Source: an uncultured archaeon (GTDB lineage Archaea; Asgardarchaeota; Lokiarchaeia; Sigyniarchaeales; Promethearchaeaceae). From it: 24,720 nucleotides of DNA. Positions 7,966 to 17,783 of this stretch are shown here, piece by piece. Position 1 is the first letter of the stretch. The number at the start of each line of letters is the position of its first letter. Both the position numbers and the translations under genes were made by a program. The notes under the pieces are model-generated. The model was not told the origin of the DNA. It saw only the letters and a list, made by a program, of their open reading frames with translations, and did not search any database. The stretch is taken from positions 1 to 24,720 of the forward strand of contig CAYRPF010000001.1 of the NCBI GenBank assembly GCA_964426185.1, in the 5' to 3' direction.

Positions 7966-10293
7966 TTGATAATAACCATTACCTTCAAATACTTCTATTT
8001 ATCAAATATGTTTATTGTTGGAGATGTAAAGCTGAAATTGAAGAAAACTCAAATTGTGAGAAATATACTTATATTTGTCTTGATTATCTCAATTTTCGTA
8101 CCTTTAATTGCTAAACCTACAAATGCGAACGAAAATTTAAATTCAGAGCCAAGAAAACTAGATTTTGCTATACTTTTTCATGCTAATCAAGCAAATGTGC
8201 CGTATTCAGTGTTTGCAAATGAAGTAAATTATGCTCCCGTATTAGAGACCCTCCTGAATCACCCAAATTTGCCATTTCCCCTTCATTTTTCGGGGACTCT
8301 TCTAACTGATCTTGCTTTTTATGTTCCCGAGACATTGGATTTACTTCAAACCGGAATTGATAGAGGCCAATTTGAAATGGTAGGATCAACCTATGCTCAA
8401 AACATTGTCTATTCCTTAGAGTATGAATATGATCAAAATAATCAACTTGAGAAGCATTTAGAGACGTTAAACCAAACATTGAATGTTCGTCCCACAGGAT
8501 TCTGGAATCCAGAACGATGCTGGCGCCATTCCCAATACATTCCTTTGCTAGCCAATCATGGATATAAATACACCTTTTTAGAAGATCAAATTATTGCAAA
8601 TGCCACGAATTTTATGGGATACGAAGAATATCGCATAAGAAAGGCGATCAGTAACGAATCAAGTGTGTTAATTGTAGATGATGATAAAACCATAATAAGT
8701 TTGATGGATAACGTAGCTTTTTCTAATGGACTCCCTACAGATCTTAGCGTAGTTCATGCTGTGGATGAATTAATCAATTATCTTCACGATGTTTATGAAA
8801 ACGATACGAACGATGATTACCTTGTTTTTTATGGGCAAGATATGGAAGCATGGGGTTTATGGCAAGAAGAAGGCAATTTCGGATTGGATGATGATTATCA
8901 AAATGTGATATTGCGTTTAGATTATCTTCTGGATCGTTTAGAAGCAGAATCTGATTGGTTACAGCTGGTTACTCCCACGCAATTTATCGATAATTTACCT
9001 AACGATTATTCATTCGAAAATTTATATTATATTCCGGACGGACAGGCTGATTGGATGCAAATCCCCTGTCAAAATCAAGGATACAATGACTGGTTTGACT
9101 TTAATGCTAATAATACCGATTTGCAAGAATTTCGCAATGAATTCAGTAAGGTTAGAAATCGATTATTGGAAATCACGTCCAATATAGCAGCGAAACAAAA
9201 TGAAAATCGAAGACACGCGGCTGAAGAATTAATGAATTATGCGGAGTATGTATATGCAGCCAACCAATATGAATTTGGTTGCATCGGAGTTGAATTTGAT
9301 TGGTTTTATAAGGCTAAAAACGCACTCCTCTCTGCAGAAGCTGCAAATTATGCCTTAAATCCTTCCAGTAACTTAGTAATTGAAATAAATGATTTGGATT
9401 TAGATGGTAGGGATGAATATATCATGAAAGATGCGATGAATTATGTTGTTTTCTCACCAAATGGCGCCCGTCTTCTAAATTGGTATAATATAAGTAATGG
9501 AGATATTTACATGGCCAATGATATCCCTAATACATATGTCAATAAAATGGGAACAAATTATCGAGCCTTTGATGGCCTTTCAGCTCCTGTTGCGATTATA
9601 GAACCAGGAGATCAATGGGGAAGGAACGATCAAGCATTCCGGATTCGACCAAATTCTCTTTATGATTCATTTTCAGGTGAAGATAGCGAATATTTATGGC
9701 AGAATATATTTTATACAGCCGATATTTTTGAAGATTCGCTGGTATTTAATGTGGAATATTCTGATCGAGTAATTTCTAAAGTATTTTCTATAGATCAACA
9801 ATCCAATGCAGTAAAGGTAAAATATATCTATCAAAATCAGGATTCACAATCAATTTCCCCAAGAATTGGATTTTCCTTTTCTCCGAGTAATAAACAAATG
9901 CTTTTTGATGGAATCCAGAATATCCAATACAATTCAACTCATGGAAATTCAAAGCAGATCCATTCAATTTTCAACCAAAAAACGAATGTAGGTGTTTCGG
10001 TTATTTTCTCCGAAGATTCAAATGTGAATTTCTGCCTTGATACGTTGAACCCCATGTTTGCGGTAGGTGCCCATGCCAATTTACCAGAAATAATGCAGGA
10101 TGATTCGTTTCAATTGGAGTTTGTATTAAAAGGTGTGAATTCGATTCCAGCTAATGGTTCAAATACCGATGATGATAGTGATACCAATGGGCGTTTAACA
10201 AATCGAATATCGGGATATTCCCAATTTATTCTTCTATCGCTTGGTCTAATTGCAACAATTACCTTGTTTGTTAAACAAAAATCTCGTAAATAA
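7966..10293 (+). CDS. Secreted, C-terminally anchored GH57 glycoside hydrolase (alpha-amylase/4-alpha-glucanotransferase-like); true start probably 8008-8038
   Basis: GH57 regions FHANQ, HFSGTLL, FEMVGSTY, GFWNPERCW (nucleophile Glu) and YGQDMEAWG (acid/base Asp). C-terminal beta domain starts at DLDLDGRDE. N-terminal signal peptide KKTQIVRNILIFVLIISIFVPL; tail ISGY-TM-KQKSRK. Confidence 0.85.
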   Translation: MIITITFKYFYLSNMFIVGDVKLKLKKTQIVRNILIFVLIISIFVPLIAKPTNANENLNSEPRKLDFAILFHANQANVPYSVFANEVNYAPVLETLLNHPNLPFPLHFSGTLLTDLAFYVPETLDLLQTGIDRGQFEMVGSTYAQNIVYSLEYEYDQNNQLEKHLETLNQTLNVRPTGFWNPERCWRHSQYIPLLANHGYKYTFLEDQIIANATNFMGYEEYRIRKAISNESSVLIVDDDKTIISLMDNVAFSNGLPTDLSVVHAVDELINYLHDVYENDTNDDYLVFYGQDMEAWGLWQEEGNFGLDDDYQNVILRLDYLLDRLEAESDWLQLVTPTQFIDNLPNDYSFENLYYIPDGQADWMQIPCQNQGYNDWFDFNANNTDLQEFRNEFSKVRNRLLEITSNIAAKQNENRRHAAEELMNYAEYVYAANQYEFGCIGVEFDWFYKAKNALLSAEAANYALNPSSNLVIEINDLDLDGRDEYIMKDAMNYVVFSPNGARLLNWYNISNGDIYMANDIPNTYVNKMGTNYRAFDGLSAPVAIIEPGDQWGRNDQAFRIRPNSLYDSFSGEDSEYLWQNIFYTADIFEDSLVFNVEYSDRVISKVFSIDQQSNAVKVKYIYQNQDSQSISPRIGFSFSPSNKQMLFDGIQNIQYNSTHGNSKQIHSIFNQKTNVGVSVIFSEDSNVNFCLDTLNPMFAVGAHANLPEIMQDDSFQLEFVLKGVNSIPANGSNTDDDSDTNGRLTNRISGYSQFILLSLGLIATITLFVKQKSRK

Positions 10294-10339
10294 TTTATTT
10301 TTTTAATAAAATTTAATATCACCGATCTCTTTATAATAG

Positions 10340-11920
10340 TTGGAAGTGAACGGTGTGGACCCCCCAACTCTAACACGAAGCGCAGGGATATTACTTCATC
10401 CTACGTCATTTTATACTCCATATGGAATTGGAGATTTAGGTCCACAAGCTTATTCCTTCGTAAAATTTTTGAAAAAGGCCGGTCAACGATTTTGGCAAGT
10501 TTTACCCTTAGGACCTACTGGTTATGGTGATTCTCCATATCAAGCTTTGTCTGCATTTGCGGGTAATCCTCTATTAATTTCTCCAGATGAGTTAATACGT
10601 AAAAAAATTCTTTCAAAGGATGCGTTAATCGAGATATTAGCAGCAAATCCTCATGATTCCGACCAGAAAGTTAAGATAAAATGGAGTCAGCCGAATAAAG
10701 TTGACTATGCATATGTTTATTCCATCAAAGATGCCATTTTACGGCATACATTTCAAAATTTCAAAAATAATCCTGCAAAATTCCAAAAATTAATCAAAGA
10801 TTTTCACGATTTCTGTCAAACAAACGCTGACTGGTTGGATGATTTCGTGTTATTTTATTCTCTTAAAAATTCCCATGATCTTCGCGCTTGGGTTGAGTGG
10901 CCTAGGGAGTACAGTAATCGAGACACTACTGCTTTATCGAAATGGACATCTGAACATCAAGACGAGTTAGAGTTCTTGAAATTTGTACAATGGTTGTTTT
11001 TTTCTCAGTGGGAAAAACTGAAGAATTTTACCAATTCCAATGGAATAGAAATCATTGGAGACATGCCAATTTTTGTTGCACATGATTCTGCAGATGTCTG
11101 GGTTAATCGGCACCTTTTTACTGTAGACGAAGATGGCCAGTTGCTTTATCAAGCTGGAGTTCCTCCAGATTATTTTTCAAAAACAGGCCAATTATGGGGG
11201 AATCCTCTCTATAATTGGAAATCCATGGCTGAAAATAACTACCAATGGTTTATTAAGCGGTTTAAACAAATTTTTAAGTTGTGTGATTGGATTAGAATTG
11301 ATCATTTCCGAGGTTTTCAAGCATACTGGAAAATACCTGCATTCGAAAAAACAGCAATTGATGGTAAATGGGTAATCGCTCCTGGAGCAGACCTTTTCAA
11401 GGCTGTAACAAAATCCTTGGGAAAATTACCTATCATAGCAGAAGATCTGGGTGTCATAACTTCTGAGGTTACGGCCTTACGAAATCAATTTCAATTTCCT
11501 GGAATGAAGGTTTTACAATTTGCTTTTACATCTGATGCATCTAACCCCCATCTTCCACATAATATTTCCCAAGATACCATTGTTTATACCGGAACACATG
11601 ATAATGATACCACCTTAGGATGGTGGCAAAATCACGCTACTCTGAAAGAAAAGCAATATCTTGAAAAATATATCGGACGAAAGCCTGATAATATTGTAGA
11701 GATTATGATTCGGCTTGTATATGCTTCCAGAGCAATTGTGGCAATTATTCCTATACAAGATCTATTGGGTCAAAACAGTGAAGCAAGGATGAATATCCCT
11801 AGTACGACTAGTGGCAATTGGCAATATCAAGTGGGATATAGTATGCTTACTGATGAAAAAGCCAAATGGTTGAAGAATTTAACTAAAATTTATGGCCGAG
11901 AGCTCCATTTATCTGATTAA
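10340..11920 (+). CDS. malQ: 4-alpha-glucanotransferase (amylomaltase, GH77)
   Basis: RSAGILLHPTS, WQVLPLGPTGYGDSPY, GVPPDYFSKTGQLWGNP, RIDHFRGF, IIAEDLG and YTGTHDNDT; the catalytic D/E/D residues are intact. Confidence 0.97.
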   Translation: MEVNGVDPPTLTRSAGILLHPTSFYTPYGIGDLGPQAYSFVKFLKKAGQRFWQVLPLGPTGYGDSPYQALSAFAGNPLLISPDELIRKKILSKDALIEILAANPHDSDQKVKIKWSQPNKVDYAYVYSIKDAILRHTFQNFKNNPAKFQKLIKDFHDFCQTNADWLDDFVLFYSLKNSHDLRAWVEWPREYSNRDTTALSKWTSEHQDELEFLKFVQWLFFSQWEKLKNFTNSNGIEIIGDMPIFVAHDSADVWVNRHLFTVDEDGQLLYQAGVPPDYFSKTGQLWGNPLYNWKSMAENNYQWFIKRFKQIFKLCDWIRIDHFRGFQAYWKIPAFEKTAIDGKWVIAPGADLFKAVTKSLGKLPIIAEDLGVITSEVTALRNQFQFPGMKVLQFAFTSDASNPHLPHNISQDTIVYTGTHDNDTTLGWWQNHATLKEKQYLEKYIGRKPDNIVEIMIRLVYASRAIVAIIPIQDLLGQNSEARMNIPSTTSGNWQYQVGYSMLTDEKAKWLKNLTKIYGRELHLSD

Positions 11921-12035
11921 TTTTCTATTTATTAAGAATACAAATTCAAGAAATTCAGTATTTCTTTATTTAACCTATAATATCTCCATTTATAATTACC
12001 ATAACTTTTAATTATCCATATTGCGTTATAAAATA

Positions 12036-12041
12036 GAGGAG
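12036..12041 (+). promoter_or_regulatory. Shine-Dalgarno GAGGAG before TTG 12049
   Basis: GAGGAG lies 7 nt upstream of the TTG start; a TATA-like TTTTAATTAT lies at about 12006-12015. Confidence 0.6.
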
Positions 12042-12048
12042 TTTAGAA

Positions 12049-13494
12049 TTGACGGAACAACCCCCAGAAAATTCGACAAAATCGAATGAACCCCCCAGTA
12101 ATTTAGAACATTCTCAAGAGCCCCCGCATTTGACTCTCACAAAAGAATTTTTGCCCCATGAAAATTCTCCTTCTATAAGCGAACATTTTCCACCTTCCGA
12201 TCTATTTAGCAATCAATCATTTTTGGTGGATGAATCTATATATTGCTCATTTTCAAACTATTTTAACCCTTTCCTTGAACAACTAAACAGTATTAACCAG
12301 TATTTTCCCGAATACCAACCACTCTTTACTTATCTAACATTTTGTTTATCAAAGATTCCAACGATATCAAATGAGAAAGAAGTTCCAGAACAACCAAGTA
12401 AATCTCCAGAAGATGCTGCATCTAAGAAAAATTTGAAAGAAGGATCAATTTCTAATAATTTTGATGAAATACCTTTTCCACTTTCACGCCGTGTTTTGAT
12501 ATTTGCTCCTTCTGGACATGGATTATCAGATTTTTTTAGTCTATATGGAAAATTATATCATATTCAAATTTTTCACCTTGATGTTTATGTTTCTAATGAG
12601 ATTTCGAAGATACCACCTAATTATTCTCTTTCACACCATCTTAACACCCGTCTCCCTATTGAAATGGAAGGAAATGTTGTTCTTTCCGTATATATCCATT
12701 TTACAAATTCTTCATCAAGAATTTCCCCTCAAAATTCTCACACACTAAGCCTTACAACCTTGATTCAAACTATAATAAGAGATCTTTTCACAGGTTTTAA
12801 CAAAAATCATTTTCCAATTCTTATTGTTTTAGAAAAATCTTTGACTAATGAAATCTCTCCTTCTCTAATTTCCCAAAGCGATTTTGTATTTAATTTTAAT
12901 TTACCTTCTTATCAAACCAGAGTGCAATTTTTAAAGGCTTTACCTTCTTTGATCCCTAAAAATTCACTTGACATGGAGCACATTGCACACCAGATGGATA
13001 ATTGGAACTTTGATCATATAGTGAATTTCTACAAATCGTGTCAACAATACTTTGTTATGGAAAATTGGGATAAAAAATGGAAAAAGAAGGAAATCACTAC
13101 TGAATATATCCTTAATGTTTTAGAAAGCGGTATTTTTCAACCAGATATTAAGCAAAAGTCTAATATTTCTGAATCTCTTCTCACATCATCTTCATCGCTT
13201 TCATCCCAATTAAATGAAAGCGATTTTTATTTCCTTCAGAGAGAGAGAACAGGCTATTACAATCCAGATTTTGTCAACCAACTATTTCAAGAGATTGCCA
13301 GTTTTAATTACAACGAAATTACTTTAATTTTGGATAAATTACAGCGCGGCATTAAATTGCATAAGGATGAATTATCAATATTAGGGAATTATCCGTTTCT
13401 CTTGAAATTTCAACCCAAAGATGCATTAAATCGACTACAAAAGGCTAAGCAGCGGCTTTCTCAGATCGAAAAAATAAATATTCAACCTAAGTGA
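12049..13494 (+). CDS. Degenerate (probably inactive) classical-clade AAA+ domain protein
   Basis: RVLIFAPSGHGLS is an eroded Walker A lacking Lys, with no recognisable Walker B DE. PSLISQSDFVFNFNLPSYQTRVQFLK and LDMEHIAHQMDNWNFDHIVNF match the SRH/lid pattern of CDC48/FtsH-type AAA proteins. The N-terminus is P/S/E-rich and likely disordered. Confidence 0.65.
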   Translation: MTEQPPENSTKSNEPPSNLEHSQEPPHLTLTKEFLPHENSPSISEHFPPSDLFSNQSFLVDESIYCSFSNYFNPFLEQLNSINQYFPEYQPLFTYLTFCLSKIPTISNEKEVPEQPSKSPEDAASKKNLKEGSISNNFDEIPFPLSRRVLIFAPSGHGLSDFFSLYGKLYHIQIFHLDVYVSNEISKIPPNYSLSHHLNTRLPIEMEGNVVLSVYIHFTNSSSRISPQNSHTLSLTTLIQTIIRDLFTGFNKNHFPILIVLEKSLTNEISPSLISQSDFVFNFNLPSYQTRVQFLKALPSLIPKNSLDMEHIAHQMDNWNFDHIVNFYKSCQQYFVMENWDKKWKKKEITTEYILNVLESGIFQPDIKQKSNISESLLTSSSSLSSQLNESDFYFLQRERTGYYNPDFVNQLFQEIASFNYNEITLILDKLQRGIKLHKDELSILGNYPFLLKFQPKDALNRLQKAKQRLSQIEKINIQPK

Positions 13495-13513
13495 ATTATT
13501 TTTGGTGTAAAGA

Positions 13514-16500
13514 ATGTCTAAATCTGATGAAAAAACAAGAATTGGTCCTAATTTAGCAATTACTTCAAAGGAAATTCGGGATCAAAATATATCATCAGAT
13601 ATTTTGCAACAAAGACCTCCTTCTGTAGTTGTAGAAAAAATTCTTTTACAGAACTTTCTTTCGTTTGAAAACGAAGAAGTTGTTTTTGATCCAAATTTTA
13701 CTATAATTATTGGACCTAATGGTGCGGGTAAAAGTTCGATTTACCAAGCGTTAAAATTCGCATTAGGATCTAATGATTATGATGGTCGATATAACAAGTG
13801 GTCCGATTTTATTCATACGGGCGCGGAAAAGGCAGTAGTGCAGATTCACATTAAATGGAATCAAGAAGAATTTCTGATTCAACGTGTTGTTAATCAACAT
13901 GGTGCTCCAAAGTTCTTTCTAAAGAAACCAAATGATAAAAAATTAAAAAATGTCTTAGGTCATAAAATACAAGAATTTCTTAAAAAGATACAAATAGATC
14001 CTAATAATATTTTTTCCTTTATGTCTCAAGGAAGTATAGATTCCTTGAAAGATTTCAAAGAAGAGAGACTTTGCTATTTTGTAGAAAAAGGTTTAGGTCT
14101 AAACGTTACACGTGAGCAAATTATTGAAATTAAAAGAGATATTTGCCGATTAAATAAAGAAGAGCAGACTTTACTTGCAGAAAGGGAGAATATGGCTTAT
14201 AAATTAGCCGAATTACAACCTTTAATAGAACAACTAAAACACAAAAAGGTTCTTACTTCTAAATTGGAAGAAGTCCAATTTGAGTTAATTCTATCACAAA
14301 AAGTTGATATAGAAAATAAAATTCGTGATTTACAGCACAAAAAACTTTTATTTTTAGAGAAAGTACGATCATATGAGTTAAAAATTGTAGAAATAGAACA
14401 TCAATTATCTCAAAAAGAGCAGGAAAAGCAAAAAAACTCTATGAAATATAAGGATTTAATTGAAAAACGAACTCAACTTCAAGAGAGATACGACCAAATT
14501 AACAATCAAATCAAAGAATGGACTGTTGAGAAAAATCAGCTTGCCCTTCAAATCCAAAAATGGGAACAAGAAATTGTAGACTTGGATAAAGATTTAAAAC
14601 AAATAAACTCTGAATTATCTTTTCAGACCACTAAGCAAATTACTATCCAAGATCAAATAGCAAACATTAAAATAAAAATCAAAGAGATAGATGAAAAGCA
14701 GCGTAAACTAGAAGAAGATATGCAAAGTTATCGCTCTTCATTAATAAAATTGGAATCCGAGCAAGAAATTGCGTCAATATTGCATTCCCAGATTGAAGAA
14801 TATCGAAGTAATTATAAGACTCTTGAGCAAGAAATAATGAAAAAAATCGCTGAAATTGAAAAAATTAAGCGGAATTTTCGGCAATATCAGTGGTTTTTAA
14901 AAAACCCAACCCCAAATTTACCTTCTTTAATGCGGCAAGAAAAAAAAAATATTGAAAAGCGATTGGAAGAACTACAAAATGTCTTAAAGGATCTTCAAAA
15001 TCAATATGAAGAGAAAACTCACAAAATAGATAAAATCAAGAGTTCAATCATCGATAAAAGTTTTCCGAAACCTCGGGCTATAAAATCTCTACTGGATGAA
15101 GTTCAAGAAAGGAAATTGAATTGTTTGGGGCCCTTAATTGATTATATTACATATGATGATATATATCGTTCTGCAGTGGAATCTATATTTGGTTTTTCAG
15201 TTTTATTTAGTTTCATTGCTAAAGATAGAGAAACTTTTCATTTACTAACTCAATTAGTAAAAAAACACGGTGCTCAATGTAAAATTTACAAAGAACGCCA
15301 TAATACAATTAATCCTCTTCCATCCATCACCCCTGATCCTTCTTCTGGTATTTTTGGATATTTGGCAGAAAAAATTCAACCTATTAATGCGGATCAAGCA
15401 ATAAAAAAGGTTATTTACACCGTGGCTAATAAAACTTTAGTAGTTAAGGATCAACTGATTGGAGAACAGTATATAGAACGTTACCACTGGAATTTTTGGG
15501 TGGTTACACTTGATGGTGATCAAATAAGACCTAAAAAATTGGTATTAGAAGCAAGACCCCGTATCTATAATTCTAATCGTCCAAAATTTCATAGTGTCGC
15601 TCACGCTAAACAAGAAATTGATAAACTTATAGCTGAAATGGAGCAAAATCGAGAACTTTTTTCTCAACGAGAGCTGATTTTGAAGAAAACTCGACGAAGA
15701 TTGGTTATTTTAGAAGATCGTCTGCGCGATGTAGATCGGCTTGTTGCTGACTATAAATTGTTGGAAATTAAAACCACTCTGAAGAATAAAGCAGTTAAAG
15801 ATAAGACAGAGTTATATGAAAAAATAAAAGCCCAAGAACAGAGTTTGCAAAAAAAAGAGCATTTGATTAGTTCAATTAAAAAAACACTTCCCGATTCCTT
15901 GATGGAGCAAAAAAATATCTTGGATCAAATTCCCCAAGAAAAAGAACAATTGATGGAAACATTAGAAGAATATCGCGATACACTGAAAAACCTTCAAAAA
16001 TCTTGTGAAACTTCGAAACTTAGGAAAATTCAGCTTGAAACACGTATTGAAGACTTAATTAGTCAAAAAACACAACTACAGACCGATTTACAATCGAAAG
16101 ATAGTAATTTTTACCAACTTTTTCAACAGAGTATGCAGTTAAAAAAAGAGATTCAACAACAAAAGAATCAAGAAACTAATATTAAACATGATTTAGCCCA
16201 AATAGAAGAAGATATTAAGGATCTATACCGCAATAAACAAGAAATCGCTACAAAAAAGGAAAAAATTCAGCATCAATCATCAATAATTAATCAGGAAATA
16301 ACTGAAAATGAAGAAAAACTAAACCAAATTCAAAGATCACTGCAAAAAGTTGAAAAATTATCAATACCTCGCCCAATCGAAGAAATAGAAGCAGAAATTG
16401 AATATCTCAATCATCAAATCTCTTTATTCCATGTGGATGACAGTATTTTATTGGAAAAAGAAAATTTAGAATCAATTTTAGATCGCATTAGTGAAAAGCG

Positions 16501-17047
16501 TCAATCTCTTCAGCACGAAATCGAAGCTGCGAAAAAATCTCATAACAAGTTGGAATCCATATTTAAAACCAGTTTTTCTGAAAAAATCCGAATACTGCAG
16601 GATTTAACAAATGAGAAATTAAACCATATTAAACAAAACTTTAGCATTAACATAAAACTTAAAGGAGATATCGAATCATTACGACTTTCTGTAACCACTA
16701 CCACTAATCTTAACGAAAAGCCCGTTTCTTTTCCTTTACATGCAGTTAGTGGAGGGCAACGCTCACTTGTGGGGATATGCTTAATTTTATCCCTAACTCA
16801 TCTTAATCCTTCTCCCTTGAATATATATGATGAAATGGATATGTTTTTAGATGAGAAAAATGCGGAGGCAATTGCCAAATTAGTTAATACTCAAGCACAA
16901 AACGGTATTCAATTTATTTTGCTTATGCCCAGTAAGAATGTTGCATTGCTGAAATCGGCAAATCAAGTCATTGGAGTTAGTCGAAATGGTAAATTCGGGC
17001 CTTCTTCTGTTCATTATTCTCGGGTATTTTCTCCTAATGTGGGGTGA
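13514..17047 (+). CDS. smc: SMC-family ATPase, Smc5/6-like
   Basis: ILLQNFLSF, Walker A GPNGAGKSS, Q-loop FMSQG, long coiled coils, globular hinge (LGPLIDYI...AVESIFG...VVTLDGD), signature VSGGQR, Walker B/D-loop IYDEMDMFLD and QFILLMP. Confidence 0.92.
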   Translation: MSKSDEKTRIGPNLAITSKEIRDQNISSDILQQRPPSVVVEKILLQNFLSFENEEVVFDPNFTIIIGPNGAGKSSIYQALKFALGSNDYDGRYNKWSDFIHTGAEKAVVQIHIKWNQEEFLIQRVVNQHGAPKFFLKKPNDKKLKNVLGHKIQEFLKKIQIDPNNIFSFMSQGSIDSLKDFKEERLCYFVEKGLGLNVTREQIIEIKRDICRLNKEEQTLLAERENMAYKLAELQPLIEQLKHKKVLTSKLEEVQFELILSQKVDIENKIRDLQHKKLLFLEKVRSYELKIVEIEHQLSQKEQEKQKNSMKYKDLIEKRTQLQERYDQINNQIKEWTVEKNQLALQIQKWEQEIVDLDKDLKQINSELSFQTTKQITIQDQIANIKIKIKEIDEKQRKLEEDMQSYRSSLIKLESEQEIASILHSQIEEYRSNYKTLEQEIMKKIAEIEKIKRNFRQYQWFLKNPTPNLPSLMRQEKKNIEKRLEELQNVLKDLQNQYEEKTHKIDKIKSSIIDKSFPKPRAIKSLLDEVQERKLNCLGPLIDYITYDDIYRSAVESIFGFSVLFSFIAKDRETFHLLTQLVKKHGAQCKIYKERHNTINPLPSITPDPSSGIFGYLAEKIQPINADQAIKKVIYTVANKTLVVKDQLIGEQYIERYHWNFWVVTLDGDQIRPKKLVLEARPRIYNSNRPKFHSVAHAKQEIDKLIAEMEQNRELFSQRELILKKTRRRLVILEDRLRDVDRLVADYKLLEIKTTLKNKAVKDKTELYEKIKAQEQSLQKKEHLISSIKKTLPDSLMEQKNILDQIPQEKEQLMETLEEYRDTLKNLQKSCETSKLRKIQLETRIEDLISQKTQLQTDLQSKDSNFYQLFQQSMQLKKEIQQQKNQETNIKHDLAQIEEDIKDLYRNKQEIATKKEKIQHQSSIINQEITENEEKLNQIQRSLQKVEKLSIPRPIEEIEAEIEYLNHQISLFHVDDSILLEKENLESILDRISEKRQSLQHEIEAAKKSHNKLESIFKTSFSEKIRILQDLTNEKLNHIKQNFSINIKLKGDIESLRLSVTTTTNLNEKPVSFPLHAVSGGQRSLVGICLILSLTHLNPSPLNIYDEMDMFLDEKNAEAIAKLVNTQAQNGIQFILLMPSKNVALLKSANQVIGVSRNGKFGPSSVHYSRVFSPNVG

Positions 17048-17741
17048 TATTATAGAAGAAGCAAAAATAACATATCAGAAATTGCAAACCTTGTTGCATC
17101 GCTTGGAATACTTAGAGAATCAAGCAGAGGTTAATTCTGATCAATTGTTAGAAGAAAATTTAATCCCCATATTTCAAGAATTGACTTCTTTTCTCAACTC
17201 TGATGAACTTGATTTAGGTCTTTCAATTTTGAAAAGTGGAACTTCCATTTTAAGCTTAAAAATAGAAGCTATTAAGCATTATATCTTACTTCTTTCGCAA
17301 AATGAATTGATAACACAATTTATCGAAAATTGCCAGGATGATAAATTACTTTGTTCTTTAATAAATCAATCTTGGCAAACGCCATTTTGCTTAACCAGTA
17401 TCTCTTCTTCCTTCTTATTCCAAAGTTATAAAAATCTCGTTGCCAAAAAACATACAAGAAATCTTAATTCAGAAAAAAAGGCTCAAGAACTTACTTTTTC
17501 ATCAGAAAAGACCGAAAAGTTAATTCATACATCTTCGGAAGAATTTCATATCGAGTTACTTAATTTTTATAACACGATTATTCCATTGCTTCCTTGTCAG
17601 TTATCGAAATTACTACAACCTTTTTCAAAACCTTCCGAATATTTTCAATATTTTTCTTATATATTACATCTAACTCAAGAAGGGTTGATTCAGTATGATC
17701 CTTCTAAAAAAGAATTTTTTTTAACAGAAAAAGAAATGTGA
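17037..17741 (+). CDS. Kleisin-like subunit (ScpA/Nse4-like); ORF open from 16971, likely start ATG 17037 overlapping the smc stop
   Basis: N-terminal ELDLGLSILKSGTSILSLKIEAI resembles the kleisin N-helix (DL...G..L..A..LL..K). C-terminal LSKLL....PSEYFQYFSYILHLTQEGLIQYD resembles the kleisin C-winged helix (F..LL.L...G.I). Size and position directly after smc fit. Confidence 0.7.
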   Translation: MWGDIIEEAKITYQKLQTLLHRLEYLENQAEVNSDQLLEENLIPIFQELTSFLNSDELDLGLSILKSGTSILSLKIEAIKHYILLLSQNELITQFIENCQDDKLLCSLINQSWQTPFCLTSISSSFLFQSYKNLVAKKHTRNLNSEKKAQELTFSSEKTEKLIHTSSEEFHIELLNFYNTIIPLLPCQLSKLLQPFSKPSEYFQYFSYILHLTQEGLIQYDPSKKEFFLTEKEM

Positions 17742-17783
17742 GAATTTATCGAACAAGTTACAATTAAAAGGGATTGATCCTTC

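Noticed and set aside
12049-13494. Pseudogene call for the degenerate AAA gene
   Set aside because: The reading frame is uninterrupted for 481 codons with a good SD and tight coupling to smc; only the catalytic motifs are lost.
13514-17047. Rad50/SbcC
   Set aside because: No central CxxC zinc hook, a globular SMC hinge is present, and there is no adjacent Mre11/SbcD.
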